From a virus, in the IMG/VR virus record IMGVR_UViG_3300027301_000003, positions 10,423 through 74,422 of that record: 64,000 bases of DNA, one strand, 5' to 3'. Position numbers and translations under genes: made by a program. Each line of letters starts with the position of its first letter. The first letter of the stretch is position 1. Positions 36,201-46,462 of this stretch are shown piece by piece. A model generated the notes under the pieces. The model saw nothing but the letters and a program-made list of their open reading frames with translations, did not search any database and was not told the origin of the DNA.

Positions 36201-39200
36201 ACCTGCGTTGTTAGAGGTATCTACAGCGACAATATCTAATGTAGCATCACCTAACCAATCAGCAGCGGTTGTAAAGGTGTTAGCTGAGACATTAGCGGTT
36301 ATTACAATACTTCCGGGTTTAGTGAGAGTAATATTATAAGACGAAATATCAAAAGTACCTTTGTTTCCTGTCCACTTAAAAGTAACTGTTGTACCACTTG
36401 TAGAAGTGTTAGCATAAGTTGTGACCAGAGAATCGGAAGCCAATGGTGCATTAACTACTAGATCAAAAGAAGTAGCCAATGTACTATAAACACCTTCTGT
36501 ATCAAAAGCTTTAATATAGAAAACATTTGAACCAGTGCTGAGAGAACCAATTGATGTAGTATTTGTTGCACCTCTCCAAGTTAAACCTGTTGAAGTACCC
36601 CAACCTGTGTCATTAGCTCTAATTTCATAACCAGCAATTGGAAGAGTTGTTTTAGCAATTGGTGTCCACTTAACAACCATTTCATTAACTGAAGGTGTAA
36701 AAGTAACAGTCCCTACGTCATTAGGTGCTGATTTTACTACGTTTAAAGTTGCATTGGTAGCTGAAGAAAAGTCCAGCATGTCAACAGTGGTTATTGCTAA
36801 AGTTGCAGTACCTGTCCAATCAGCAGCAATTGTCCAAGTAGTTGAATCCAAAGATGCTGTTACAGTACCACCAGCGGGTTTAGTTAATGTAGCAATGTAC
36901 TTTTTAATTCCAAAAGTTGTAACTGCAGGAGCTATCCAATCAAATTTTACAACAGCACTGGTTGTTGAAGTATCACTAAATGTAGCAGTTAAACTTGTTG
37001 CAATCGCAGGTCTTTGTACAGTATAAGTAATCAGTGTACCAGAAGATGCATAAACATTATCAGTATCAAAAGTATTGATGTACCAGTTATTTGCACCAGC
37101 GATTAAACCCTTTAAAGTAGCATTGGATACAGAACCTCTCCATACAAAGTTAGTGTCATTTGTACCCCAACCTGTGTTATTCTTTCTGATTTCATAACCA
37201 GCAACAGGAAGAGTTGTCTTAGCAACATCTGCCCAATCAGCATAAACTTGTGAGTCAGATATCGTAAAGGTAACAGAAGCTGGAGCAGTTGGTCTTGATT
37301 TAGCAATTACTACACCAGTAGATGCAGCAACGGATTTATTACCAAGAATATCAATTGATTTAATTGTAACAGTAGCATTACCTACCCAATTGGCTAAAGT
37401 AGTCCAAGTTAATCCTGAGATTTCTTGCACAACGGTAGCACTAGGTTTAACAATAGTAACTTCATACTTATTAATTGCGAATACACCTGCTGGCGCTGCT
37501 GTCCAATTTAATGTAACAGTAGAGTCAGTTGTTGATGTATCTGCATATGATGATGTAATTGTACCAGTGTAAGTTGCTGGAGCAGTTACAGTATAACTTG
37601 CTGAAACAGAAGCAACACTGTATTTTTTACCAAAATCCAAGGCTCTTACATAAAATGTTCTAACTACATTTAGGGCAGCGGGATTAGTAGTACAAGTATT
37701 AGTTGCGCCTGAGAATACTAAAGCAGAGTTATTAACTCCCCAATTTGCATCTTCAGTTCTAACTTCATAACCCTTAAGATCAATTTCAGTATTATCATCC
37801 CACTTTAGGATTAATTTACCTGTTAAACTATCTGCAGTGATTGTCAAACCTGTAATATTTGCAGGTGGTACAGTCTTACCTAATACAGTATGCGTTACAA
37901 TAGGGGACCATGCACCAACTTTACCATCATCAGAAATATATCTGACTCTGATATCATAAGAAGCACCTTCTACAACAGAAGTAAATAATATACCTTTATC
38001 TTCTATTTTGGTGTTAATAGCATTCTGCCAAACTTTACCAGTACTAAGTTTAATTTCACCTTGTAGATATTTAATCTTTTGTAAAGAAGCATTTGTAGTA
38101 TTTAAAGGTGTAATTGGTACTAGCATCTTATAGATAAAACTACTAGGTCCAACTTTTTCCATTACTTTATCATCACTAACAATCTTAGTTGATTCTATTG
38201 TAGGAATATAAGTAATTACACTTTCTAATGAACCAGCGGGTTTTGTTATTTGACTATTAAATGCAGGGATAACTTCTGAATCTGAATTATAGATAGCTGG
38301 AGAATAATCAACTAGCGTTAATCTAGCAGACATATTATCAGATGGTTCAATTGACTGAACAATTAGATCAACTGATTCTTGATTATATTCACCAAATAAT
38401 AATAAATCATCAGGATTTAAATTATCGGAAGTTGCATCATAAGCAGTAAAAACACCACCAGAATAATTTACTAATTCTAATTCCTCATAATATTCGCTTA
38501 AACCAACAGGTCTTACTGTTTTAACAAAACTAGAATTTGATTGAGTTCTAATCCTTACAGCGTAAATAGTACCAGCAACCATTGGTAAAGCTTCATCTAA
38601 TACAAGCCTTGTACCAACAGTACCAGTGTAAGCAATGACAGAAGTTATTCTACCAGAACCAACACCCCAAGTTGGAACATCATGCACTACCTTTACTCTA
38701 TCACCACGAGTACAAATAACGTGCTCAATATCTACGTTCAGTGTATAGATTTCTGGTCTTAACTTTAATTGAGCAAGATGGAATCTAGCATGTTTGTAGA
38801 TATTCTTTGGTTCAGTAACTCCGGGTAATTCAATTGTTTCAAACAATGTAGAATTAGCGGAAGTATAACCATCATTATATACAATCATTTCATCAGCTTG
38901 CCAACCCTTTTCAGAATTGTTAAAGTTTACTCTGAATGCATGTGGAAGTTGAGGGAACGATCTTGTACCTTCAAAACCCCAAGAATTGTGCGGTGTAAAA
39001 TGCTGTGCGATTGTTTCTTTTGGTACATCAACAACAACAGACCATTTACCATCAACCATTGTAGGTGAAGCTCTACCAGCAGCAGCAATGTCCTTTAATA
39101 CTTCAAGTAAAGAATTTGGTTCTAAAATAATCTTGTCAAAGTTAAAAGCATTAGTCTTACAATATGTATACCAAGCATTAATTGCTGCATCGTCAATTAG

Positions 39201-41822
39201 TACTGAAGAAGCTTTTGCGTTACCTTGATGCTTTAGAACGTGCCTAAACAAAGCTGCAGGGTTTCTAATAGGTTGATTTGCAACCCATACTCCACCTTGG
39301 AAATCTTCACCAAGAGTCTGTACAGTAGCAGTAACACCTTCAACTAAACCGTTGATTTGACCAGTTGAACGAATCTTCAAAGCAGAACGTGCTAATTTAA
39401 TTGGACTATTGTAACTATCTTTAGGTAAAACAATAGGTCTAGTATTTGTGTAACCTGTAATAGAAGATAATATGCAGGTATCTGATGTTGTATCCGTGAT
39501 GTAAGTATTGGAATTTGTTCGTTTTACTCTAACTTCATAATTTGCTCGTGATACATTAAAAGATATAGTTTTAGAATAACCGTACTTAATAATATCTTTC
39601 AAGAAAAAAGTACTCTTTGTAAGATCAAAAGTAGGATCGTTTTCAGAAATTCTAATAATAACACCACTGGCTACACTGAAAAATCTTGCAGCAGATAAAC
39701 CAGTACCCGCAGCAATATTACTTGCACAACCTGAAGAAATAACACCAGAACGAGTATCCACTACATCTGTAATTACATTACCATAAACACAAACTTTATA
39801 GATTGTTTCTTCTTGAGATAATACAGCAGGTAAGTATTCAAAAGTAGAATTAAAACCTACACCAGAAGCCTGTTGTAATCTAGTTAATAAAGTTCCACTT
39901 GGATTTGCATTTTTATTATTAGTTATGGAACCAGAACGCAGTACTAATTTACCTTCTGAAGTAACATTAACATAATGCCACTGATAGACGGATTCTAATT
40001 CTGCATCATTGTCAATATTATAATAAGCAGAAGATAATGTAAAGCTATCATTATATACTGTTTCAAATGCTTCATTCCAAGTTGTCTCACCCACGGGTCG
40101 TAATTGAATAGAAACACTTACTTCTCTTTGTGCGTCATCACCTCCACTGGTTAGACCATATAAACCTTGTGGGAAATTTAAAGTTACACCAATGCGATCA
40201 ACTTCTTGACCAATAGTAAATTCACTCCAAGGGTTACCACCTGTGAAATATGCTGTGTCACCTGAACCAAATGGATTATACGAACTTTGTGGATATGTAC
40301 CGTTTGTATAACTACCAGTAGACACTTGGCATTTAAAAACTGTTTCACTAATAATTTGAGTTACTATTAAATCTTTAATATCAATAATTTCATTAACTTC
40401 TTGAGTGTATGTACCACCATCGAGAGGATCAATAACATTTATTAAAACAGTTGCACCATTCCAAAAACTAAGAGTCTGAATGGGATCACCAACTTGTAAA
40501 TCATGTACTTTATCTTTACCTCGTTGATCTACGGTAACTTGAAAAGTATTACCACCAGTAACAATAACTTCTGTAAGGTACTGACGTTTGCACTCAAGCT
40601 CTAAGTTAGGATTTTGCTGAGTTACATCTTGACCATAGATAGCATTGAACTTATTAATATTGGCAGAAGTGTCTTCAGCAGTACCATATAGCGTTTGATG
40701 TTCAATTTCATCATATGAAGATAAAGGAACATTGCCTAATTTTACATCAGTAACTTGTAAAGGACCATATCCCCAAATAGCAAGCATTCTTAAATAACTG
40801 GTATCACCATCGTTCTCAACGAAAGTTTTAGCGCCAACTGGAGGGGTATAACGTAATCTTCCTAGTACAACAGGGATTGAACCGTATTGATTTTCTCTGT
40901 TTGATCCACCTTGAATTAAGTTGGTGTTCTTGAAAGCACTAGCATTACCACCACCTTGCTCTGGTGGCCTAATTGGAAATAGTGCATTGACTAGTAAACC
41001 ACCAACTATATTTACACCAGCCATAGCAATAGAAGCTGTTAAGGCCATAGTTGAACCAGCACCTGACGCAGCAACACCAGCCCAACCAGCTGAACCAAAA
41101 GAACCAGCCCCTGCCAAATATGGAGCAACATACCATGCTACAACCATAATAGCTAGTGTAGCTAATAGTCTACCAACACCACTACCTGTTGGTACAACAC
41201 GATAGTCTACGTGCTGACCTTCTTTTAGAATAGTAGTTGCCCATTGTGTTTTGGATACAGGATAACCATCTAAGAATAGAACATGATTAACGAATATTTT
41301 TGGATCAAGTTTTTGTCTTGTTTGTAGACCATCTACAATATCTTGTAAGCTTTGACCGGGATGTACAACAAGATCAAGTCTTAATGTTTTTAGTGGATTT
41401 ACAACAGCATGAACGTATGACTCTACTTTACTTGTGTACTTATAGACACCTACAAGTCTTCTGCGCCATTGAGCAGAATCAAGTTTTTCAATTGTTACAC
41501 TGTTACCTTCTCGGGCATGAATGAATTTATTGTCATCAATGATAACGCCTACGTGTGACTCTGAACCATTGATTCTAAATAAAGCTACATCACCTACAGT
41601 GTAATCATTGGATAAAGACCAACCTTCTTTATTTCGTGCAATAACCTCTTCATTATGACGAACATCATCTGAGTTTAAATATTCTTCAGAAAAACTAGGA
41701 AGATCAATATCTTTTTGCTCTTTGTAAATTAGGCGCACCAATCCCCAACAGTCTAAACCGTCTTCATCTCTGCCGTGTAATTTGTAGGGAATACCTACAT
41801 AATCATTCCACATTTTTTTCAT
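33213..41822 (-). CDS. Giant tail tip protein: NlpC/P60 + ubiquitin-like (gpI-like) + gpJ-like with FN3-type repeats
   Basis: DCWGLV...HVGV...HA at the N-terminus, IPVVLG, NPA, gpJ core and repeated LPxxGYExR...WxG units. Confidence 0.88.
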   Translation of the reverse strand: MKKMWNDYVGIPYKLHGRDEDGLDCWGLVRLIYKEQKDIDLPSFSEEYLNSDDVRHNEEVIARNKEGWSLSNDYTVGDVALFRINGSESHVGVIIDDNKFIHAREGNSVTIEKLDSAQWRRRLVGVYKYTSKVESYVHAVVNPLKTLRLDLVVHPGQSLQDIVDGLQTRQKLDPKIFVNHVLFLDGYPVSKTQWATTILKEGQHVDYRVVPTGSGVGRLLATLAIMVVAWYVAPYLAGAGSFGSAGWAGVAASGAGSTMALTASIAMAGVNIVGGLLVNALFPIRPPEQGGGNASAFKNTNLIQGGSNRENQYGSIPVVLGRLRYTPPVGAKTFVENDGDTSYLRMLAIWGYGPLQVTDVKLGNVPLSSYDEIEHQTLYGTAEDTSANINKFNAIYGQDVTQQNPNLELECKRQYLTEVIVTGGNTFQVTVDQRGKDKVHDLQVGDPIQTLSFWNGATVLINVIDPLDGGTYTQEVNEIIDIKDLIVTQIISETVFKCQVSTGSYTNGTYPQSSYNPFGSGDTAYFTGGNPWSEFTIGQEVDRIGVTLNFPQGLYGLTSGGDDAQREVSVSIQLRPVGETTWNEAFETVYNDSFTLSSAYYNIDNDAELESVYQWHYVNVTSEGKLVLRSGSITNNKNANPSGTLLTRLQQASGVGFNSTFEYLPAVLSQEETIYKVCVYGNVITDVVDTRSGVISSGCASNIAAGTGLSAARFFSVASGVIIRISENDPTFDLTKSTFFLKDIIKYGYSKTISFNVSRANYEVRVKRTNSNTYITDTTSDTCILSSITGYTNTRPIVLPKDSYNSPIKLARSALKIRSTGQINGLVEGVTATVQTLGEDFQGGVWVANQPIRNPAALFRHVLKHQGNAKASSVLIDDAAINAWYTYCKTNAFNFDKIILEPNSLLEVLKDIAAAGRASPTMVDGKWSVVVDVPKETIAQHFTPHNSWGFEGTRSFPQLPHAFRVNFNNSEKGWQADEMIVYNDGYTSANSTLFETIELPGVTEPKNIYKHARFHLAQLKLRPEIYTLNVDIEHVICTRGDRVKVVHDVPTWGVGSGRITSVIAYTGTVGTRLVLDEALPMVAGTIYAVRIRTQSNSSFVKTVRPVGLSEYYEELELVNYSGGVFTAYDATSDNLNPDDLLLFGEYNQESVDLIVQSIEPSDNMSARLTLVDYSPAIYNSDSEVIPAFNSQITKPAGSLESVITYIPTIESTKIVSDDKVMEKVGPSSFIYKMLVPITPLNTTNASLQKIKYLQGEIKLSTGKVWQNAINTKIEDKGILFTSVVEGASYDIRVRYISDDGKVGAWSPIVTHTVLGKTVPPANITGLTITADSLTGKLILKWDDNTEIDLKGYEVRTEDANWGVNNSALVFSGATNTCTTNPAALNVVRTFYVRALDFGKKYSVASVSASYTVTAPATYTGTITSSYADTSTTDSTVTLNWTAAPAGVFAINKYEVTIVKPSATVVQEISGLTWTTLANWVGNATVTIKSIDILGNKSVAASTGVVIAKSRPTAPASVTFTISDSQVYADWADVAKTTLPVAGYEIRKNNTGWGTNDTNFVWRGSVSNATLKGLIAGANNWYINTFDTDNVYASSGTLITYTVQRPAIATSLTATFSDTSTTSAVVKFDWIAPAVTTFGIKKYIATLTKPAGGTVTASLDSTTWTIAADWTGTATLAITTVDMLDFSSATNATLNVVKSAPNDVGTVTFTPSVNEMVVKWTPIAKTTLPIAGYEIRANDTGWGTSTGLTWRGATNTTSIGSLSTGSNVFYIKAFDTEGVYSTLATSFDLVVNAPLASDSLVTTYANTSTSGTTVTFKWTGNKGTFDISSYNITLTKPGSIVITANVSANTFTTAADWLGDATLDIVAVDTSNNAGANFSSTIGKTRPVAPTTVTTTASPTGLTIAWNEGVKGSLPIAGYELRATGSSPGGTDYIWKGTASSVTVSNLVLGANTWDLWAFDTDLRYSLVARPVSYTTVRPSNPQTLSGAFNTSLTNSLAEFKWVKPSTSVFGIERYEVSLTTTDPVRTINSTRLTTDWAVPADWLGNATLSVTAYDNLGFASLAQTFVLAKVVPNQPGAFLTPGIKGTALSLDWPDNIKTSLPIVGYELRSSDTNWGGTGFIWKGSASNTSVDMVGITSGTTSSWYLRAYDSDNRYSSSSRLFQYTVAAPVNTASITYQFVDTSLTSATVSLRWLDTSPTFGLKHYEITGALSVPTTTTANSNLLTLTSTKGILVSDVLSGNANIPAGRKVTQIISATQLYIDNAAGVLAGTSVGTVYNNINYSNSTSITQDADWLGDKIYTVRTVDLIGNKSTGTPISVTKETPHAASNLKAQVIDNTVLLYWDLPQITSLPISHVLIKKGATWNTASIIGTKSGTFTTVTELQGGLYTYWIAVVDTDNNESIPISLAATVSQPPDYIFNAEYISTFTGTKSNAIIEANTGYLVLPVDTVESFSGHFTTRSWNTPTDQINAGFPIYIQPGTTSGYYEEVFDYGTTLGSSQITVSLSGVNIAGSPDISVTISSSLNGSTYTSFPAGTSAFATNFRYIKVRVSATQVTSGNIYSISGLVVRLDAKQKTDSGSSVLAIGGSHAQGSVIPDYYTWTAGMTMPPSGYTLIGTAAENTIITASGPSTSNENIWTCIDADTSLNDDGGFQSIYSDIDSTKGYMFAVFVKTTTNNGVSYFGTANNNSISNLAGTVNANPYFWTGDLPALNTWYLLIGYVYPSSYGTVDGGISGIYNMSGTKVVSATSYKFTAGALQTMQRCFHWNNPTGTGTQVQFMARPVVIQCDAADAASKISYLLKCTNDYGATVVPNIDYVDVTSITTTPNSVNPTTTVVDFFDKPYPTRFNIFNYNSAGANVGGTISWTVRGY

Positions 41823-42331
41823 TAAAATAATCCCGGAAAAGAACTTGGTAAAAATGAATGCGATGGAAAAGGTTCTGTGTCTAATCCATCAACAACAAGT
41901 TGACCAGTGATTGAATCTTTAGTGTAAGTTACACCTGCTAATTTTAGACCTGCGAAATCAGCTTCTAATGTATTAACGGATGTACTCAATACTAACTCTA
42001 TTAAAACTGAAGGTGGTCCTGTTAGTTGCCTAAGTTGAGGCATCACATGTCTTGTAACATCATATATTGTGATGTTTGCTCTAGGTAAAGAACCACTCTC
42101 TTCATTTGGTAAGTTAATTTGCATTGGTAAAAACGTATATGTATTACCTCGGCTGATAACCCCATAGGTTTGATCATCAGCAGTTTCGCTGATTCTCTGT
42201 GTGTAGTTATCGCAAAGCCTGATAGGAGTAGTAATACCCCCACCAGTCAATGTCAATAAGATAATTAGTGTAGAATCACTATTCGGTGATAATACAGCTT
42301 TAAGAGCATTTGTACTTAATGCACGACTCAA
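41822..42331 (-). CDS. Minor tail protein (DUF1833 / gpL position)
   Basis: Synteny; C-terminal EPFP...F.P..FPGLF. Confidence 0.75.
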   Translation of the reverse strand: MSRALSTNALKAVLSPNSDSTLIILLTLTGGGITTPIRLCDNYTQRISETADDQTYGVISRGNTYTFLPMQINLPNEESGSLPRANITIYDVTRHVMPQLRQLTGPPSVLIELVLSTSVNTLEADFAGLKLAGVTYTKDSITGQLVVDGLDTEPFPSHSFLPSSFPGLF

Positions 42332-42693
42332 GGTAATACCTCCATACTTAATGAAACAGACCAGTAACCGGGAGATAAATATTTGATATCATAAAGTTGA
42401 CCATCACCAGAAGGTATTAGTCTAACTTCAACGGAAGTATTTGTTCTAGGATGAGTAAAACCAAATCTAGCTACACCATTGATTGTACTCTTAACAAATG
42501 TTTCCAGAGTAACAACTTGTGCATCCGTCATATCAAAATTTAAACTTAAAGTCTGAGGTCTGTTTCCTCTTTTGCGTTGTTTTGCAGGTCCAGAATCCAT
42601 AGGTGATCTAACAACTAAAACACCTCCAGATTCTGAATAATTTGTATTAGGTTTCTGCGGTAATGATATGGGCCAGATATATGATACTGCCAT
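42328..42693 (-). CDS. Distal tail protein
   Basis: WP.SLP...RSPMDSGPAKQR; directly after the tape measure gene. Confidence 0.75.
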   Translation of the reverse strand: MAVSYIWPISLPQKPNTNYSESGGVLVVRSPMDSGPAKQRKRGNRPQTLSLNFDMTDAQVVTLETFVKSTINGVARFGFTHPRTNTSVEVRLIPSGDGQLYDIKYLSPGYWSVSLSMEVLP

Positions 42694-42695
42694 GA

Positions 42696-45600
42696 TTATC
42701 TCCTTACGAGTTGATTACGAGAAGAGTTAACTGCCGTATTTACAGCACTACCTTTTCTATTAACTTCAGCAGCAACCATGTCACCAATGGTAACTTCAAT
42801 TCTACGATTACCACGACTATCTACAGTTTCTTGAGTAGTTGCAGTAGCATTGCTATTGTTGTTAACTACAACCTGTACATTTGAAGAAGCACCAGCAGCT
42901 ACAACACCTAGAGAACCATCAGCACCCCTGCGTAGAGGCATGATAGCTTCAGGTCCAGCTTCACCCATTAGACCTGTACCTTTAGCGAATTTGAACATTG
43001 TAGGGCTATCTACGATACTATTTGTGAAAGCACCACCTTTAGCGAAACCCAATGATCCAGCAAGTTCCATTCCACCTGCATCGTTCATGAAACCACCACC
43101 ACCAGTAATCATGTTCATGATACCACCGAAACCACCAAGACCTTTGTAGATGCTAGACATTTGCATCTGCATTTCCATCCTGATTAAGTCAGCTATAATT
43201 GATTTCGTTAGATCACCAAATGATGTTTTACCAGTTAAGGCAAAGTCAGCAATAGCATCTGCCATACCTTTGAATACATTTTCAAAAGCATTAGCATAAG
43301 CTTGTTGACGCTTGTAACCATCGCTTAGTAAATATTCTTCTCTTTTATAAACATCGTCAGCTAAAGCTTTTTTAGCATCAGCTTGTTTTTTGTACATTAA
43401 CCATTCAGAATAAGTAGTCTCTTCAGTTGCTGCAGCAATTTGTTTTTCATACTCAGCATCAGCTTGTGAAATTTTCTTTTTGTAATCAGATAGATTTTTA
43501 ATTGCAGCTTTTTCATCAGCAGTTTTAAAGTCACCACCATATTGATCAGCAACTCCAGTGCGTTCAGCAGCAATACCAGCCATTACTTTAGCATTCTCAG
43601 CTTGAGCAGCAGCAAGTCTCTTAGCTTCTGGAGTAGTAGCTTCTAATGCAGCTTTTAGTTGTAGAACTTCATCTGCACCGAATCGACCCTCTTTAGCATA
43701 CTTATTAATAAGATCAATAGTTTTGTAATATTCTTTACCAAGATTTTCAGATTTACCAAGTAGTCTATTTTTTAGTTCCAATGCGTCTTCTGCTTCTTTT
43801 TCAGATTTAACTAATTTTTCATTAGCATTAGCTTGTTGATAAATAGCGTCAATTTGTTTCTTCTGTTCATCATTGAATGACTTATAAACATCACTTTCTT
43901 TTACCTTATTCAAAGCTATTTCGGATTTTGTTAAATCCTCAACGGCTCCAATTTGAGTTTGATAAAATTTATTAGCTGTTTCAAGAGCGTTTGCAAAATC
44001 TTTTTCAGATTTTACTAATTTTTCATTAGCAGATGCAGCACCATATAGTGCCTCAATTTGATCCTTAATAACTTGTGGAGTTTTTTCCCAAAGTGGATCA
44101 GTACGCAACTTTAATAAACTAACTTCAGCTTTAGTCAAATGATCAAGAGCGCCAATTTGTGTAAGATAAGCTTCAGTAGCTTGCTTTACATTCTTTTCAT
44201 CGAAGCCTTGTTGAGCTTTGATTCCTTTATTTTCATCCTTTAGACCTTTTTCTAACTTAGTAACATCAGCAGTATTCTTAGCTTTTTCATCACCAAGTTT
44301 TTTCTGAGCAGCAAGTTGTTTCTCAATACCTTCAATAACTGCTTTAGCACCTTGAATAGAATTCTTACGGTACTGATCAGTCATAAATCCATCACCAGCT
44401 TCTAAAGACCTTAATTCTTTTTGAGCTTCTGCTAATTGTTTAGCAAGAGGTACTGCACGACCGATGTTTAAAATTTCATTCCATACCATCTTAGCACCTC
44501 TGGCTACATGGAAGAAGAAATCTTCAAGAAAACCCATATCTTGTTTGATTGCTTTAGAAGCATCTCTTAAAGCACCAGCGTATGCTTCGGTTGCTACTTT
44601 AGCAGCTTCGGTATATTTTCCAGCACGTTCTAACTGTTGAATATGTCTTAGTACTGAAACATTTATTGTTCCTAATTCTTTAGCAAAAGGAATTAAACCT
44701 TCAAGTGGTTTCTCTGATATTTTACTGAAGTTTTTAGCAAGTGTTTCTGAGCTAATACCTGTTATTCTACTGACTTCAACAATTGTAGTAGCTACTGTTT
44801 TTAAGTTATTAGATGTAATACTACCTGCTTTAGCAATATCGGTGATAGCAGTAACATAAGCTCCTACATTACCTTTTGAACCAGCAAATGCTTCAGATAA
44901 AGCAAGAGCAGAATCTGTAGTAAGACCAAGCGAACCACCTGTAAGATTTATAGATTTAGATAGTGCTGATTCTTCTGCAATAACTTGTTTGAGAGCAACA
45001 CCGTATGCAATGAAAGCAGCGATAGCACTAAAAATAGCTGTAGCAACAATACCTGTTACTATAGTACCCATAGTCATAAAGCTTTTCATTAAAGTACCAT
45101 TAGAACCATCTAGCAATGCAATTTGATATCTTACATATTCTAGAGCAGAACTTGTACCCGTAATGTCCATGATGAATGTCTTAACTGATTTACCAGCAGC
45201 CATGAATGCACCAACTAATGCACCACCTACAGCAACACCTACATCTTTAACGCTACTAACCATACCTAGTGTAGCTTTAGTAAGCATGTCACCCATGTCT
45301 TTACCAGCAACACCAGCCAAAGCAAACTGATCTCGTAACTGACCACCCTGTTGTAACAAGATAGTTAAAGGTGCTTGACCTGTGGCTAAACCAACTGCAA
45401 TGTCGGTAATCTGTGGACCTAGTGCTCTTGATAGATAATCAACTTGACGATTACCTGCAGCTTTTTGAGTAGCCATCAAAGCGTTCTTATAAACTTCAAG
45501 TTGTGTAGTTACTTCAGCAGCAGTTCTACCAGATGCTCTTAATGATTGTTCAAACTTAATCAATCTATTATTAGTTGCGCTAGTTATATCACCATTGGAT

Positions 45601-46373
45601 GCAGTCAACCGAGTAACTCTTTCCATTTCATTAGCAATAAACTCATTAGCTTTAGCAGCATCATTTTGTGATTTAATCTGAGCTTTTAAAACATCATTGC
45701 GTCCCTGTTCTGCAACTTTTAAAGTATTTACACTATTTGCAACACCTAGATACAAATCTTGTTGTATTTTTAACTCGGAGTTAAATTTAGTAAGACCTTC
45801 ACCTTGTGTTGGATCAAGACCAACAGCCTTTACCTTACCTTTAATCTCACTAGCAATTTTACTGTACTCTTTTAATTGATTAGTAGTTAAAAAGATACCT
45901 TTGGCAGCAAGTTCAGAACGATAATTTAAACTATCATATTCTTGTGTAATAGACCTAACTGAACCGATTGCGGAATCAAAAGGAGATTTAGATAGTTCTC
46001 TAATATTTTCTAAGATAGCTTTATAAGGTTTTAAAGCTTCTTCGGTTGTTGCACCAAGACTTCTAGCCAACTGCAATACACCAGCTTCAGCAGATGTACT
46101 ACCTTTAGCCATATCGGTATAACGATTCGTTAACTTGTCAAGTAGACTGTCTAACTTAGATGAGCTATCAGCTACCTTAGTGTCTCCTTTTACTTTATTT
46201 TCATTAGCTTTACTTGCTTTTTCTGTCGCAGTAGATACTTTAGCAGTATTAGTAGCTAAGTCTTGCATTGGCTTATTCAATTTAGATACTGCTGTACCTA
46301 ATTCTGCAACTCTAGTAGCTGCTTCTTTTAATTGTGTCGTATCAACTACGAACTTTAATTCTGCTAAATCCAT
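42696..46373 (-). CDS. Tail tape measure protein
   Basis: 1225 aa helical protein with QITDI..GL..GQ.P....LQQGGQLRD and C-terminal FAKGG...GEAGPEAIMPL. Confidence 0.93.
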   Translation of the reverse strand: MDLAELKFVVDTTQLKEAATRVAELGTAVSKLNKPMQDLATNTAKVSTATEKASKANENKVKGDTKVADSSSKLDSLLDKLTNRYTDMAKGSTSAEAGVLQLARSLGATTEEALKPYKAILENIRELSKSPFDSAIGSVRSITQEYDSLNYRSELAAKGIFLTTNQLKEYSKIASEIKGKVKAVGLDPTQGEGLTKFNSELKIQQDLYLGVANSVNTLKVAEQGRNDVLKAQIKSQNDAAKANEFIANEMERVTRLTASNGDITSATNNRLIKFEQSLRASGRTAAEVTTQLEVYKNALMATQKAAGNRQVDYLSRALGPQITDIAVGLATGQAPLTILLQQGGQLRDQFALAGVAGKDMGDMLTKATLGMVSSVKDVGVAVGGALVGAFMAAGKSVKTFIMDITGTSSALEYVRYQIALLDGSNGTLMKSFMTMGTIVTGIVATAIFSAIAAFIAYGVALKQVIAEESALSKSINLTGGSLGLTTDSALALSEAFAGSKGNVGAYVTAITDIAKAGSITSNNLKTVATTIVEVSRITGISSETLAKNFSKISEKPLEGLIPFAKELGTINVSVLRHIQQLERAGKYTEAAKVATEAYAGALRDASKAIKQDMGFLEDFFFHVARGAKMVWNEILNIGRAVPLAKQLAEAQKELRSLEAGDGFMTDQYRKNSIQGAKAVIEGIEKQLAAQKKLGDEKAKNTADVTKLEKGLKDENKGIKAQQGFDEKNVKQATEAYLTQIGALDHLTKAEVSLLKLRTDPLWEKTPQVIKDQIEALYGAASANEKLVKSEKDFANALETANKFYQTQIGAVEDLTKSEIALNKVKESDVYKSFNDEQKKQIDAIYQQANANEKLVKSEKEAEDALELKNRLLGKSENLGKEYYKTIDLINKYAKEGRFGADEVLQLKAALEATTPEAKRLAAAQAENAKVMAGIAAERTGVADQYGGDFKTADEKAAIKNLSDYKKKISQADAEYEKQIAAATEETTYSEWLMYKKQADAKKALADDVYKREEYLLSDGYKRQQAYANAFENVFKGMADAIADFALTGKTSFGDLTKSIIADLIRMEMQMQMSSIYKGLGGFGGIMNMITGGGGFMNDAGGMELAGSLGFAKGGAFTNSIVDSPTMFKFAKGTGLMGEAGPEAIMPLRRGADGSLGVVAAGASSNVQVVVNNNSNATATTQETVDSRGNRRIEVTIGDMVAAEVNRKGSAVNTAVNSSRNQLVRR

Positions 46374-46462
46374 AGCATTTTCTCCTGTTGTGGATGTAAA
46401 TTTCTATGTGTATAAACTACACCAATTCGTACACATAGAAGCCCTCGTTAGAAGGCTACTAT

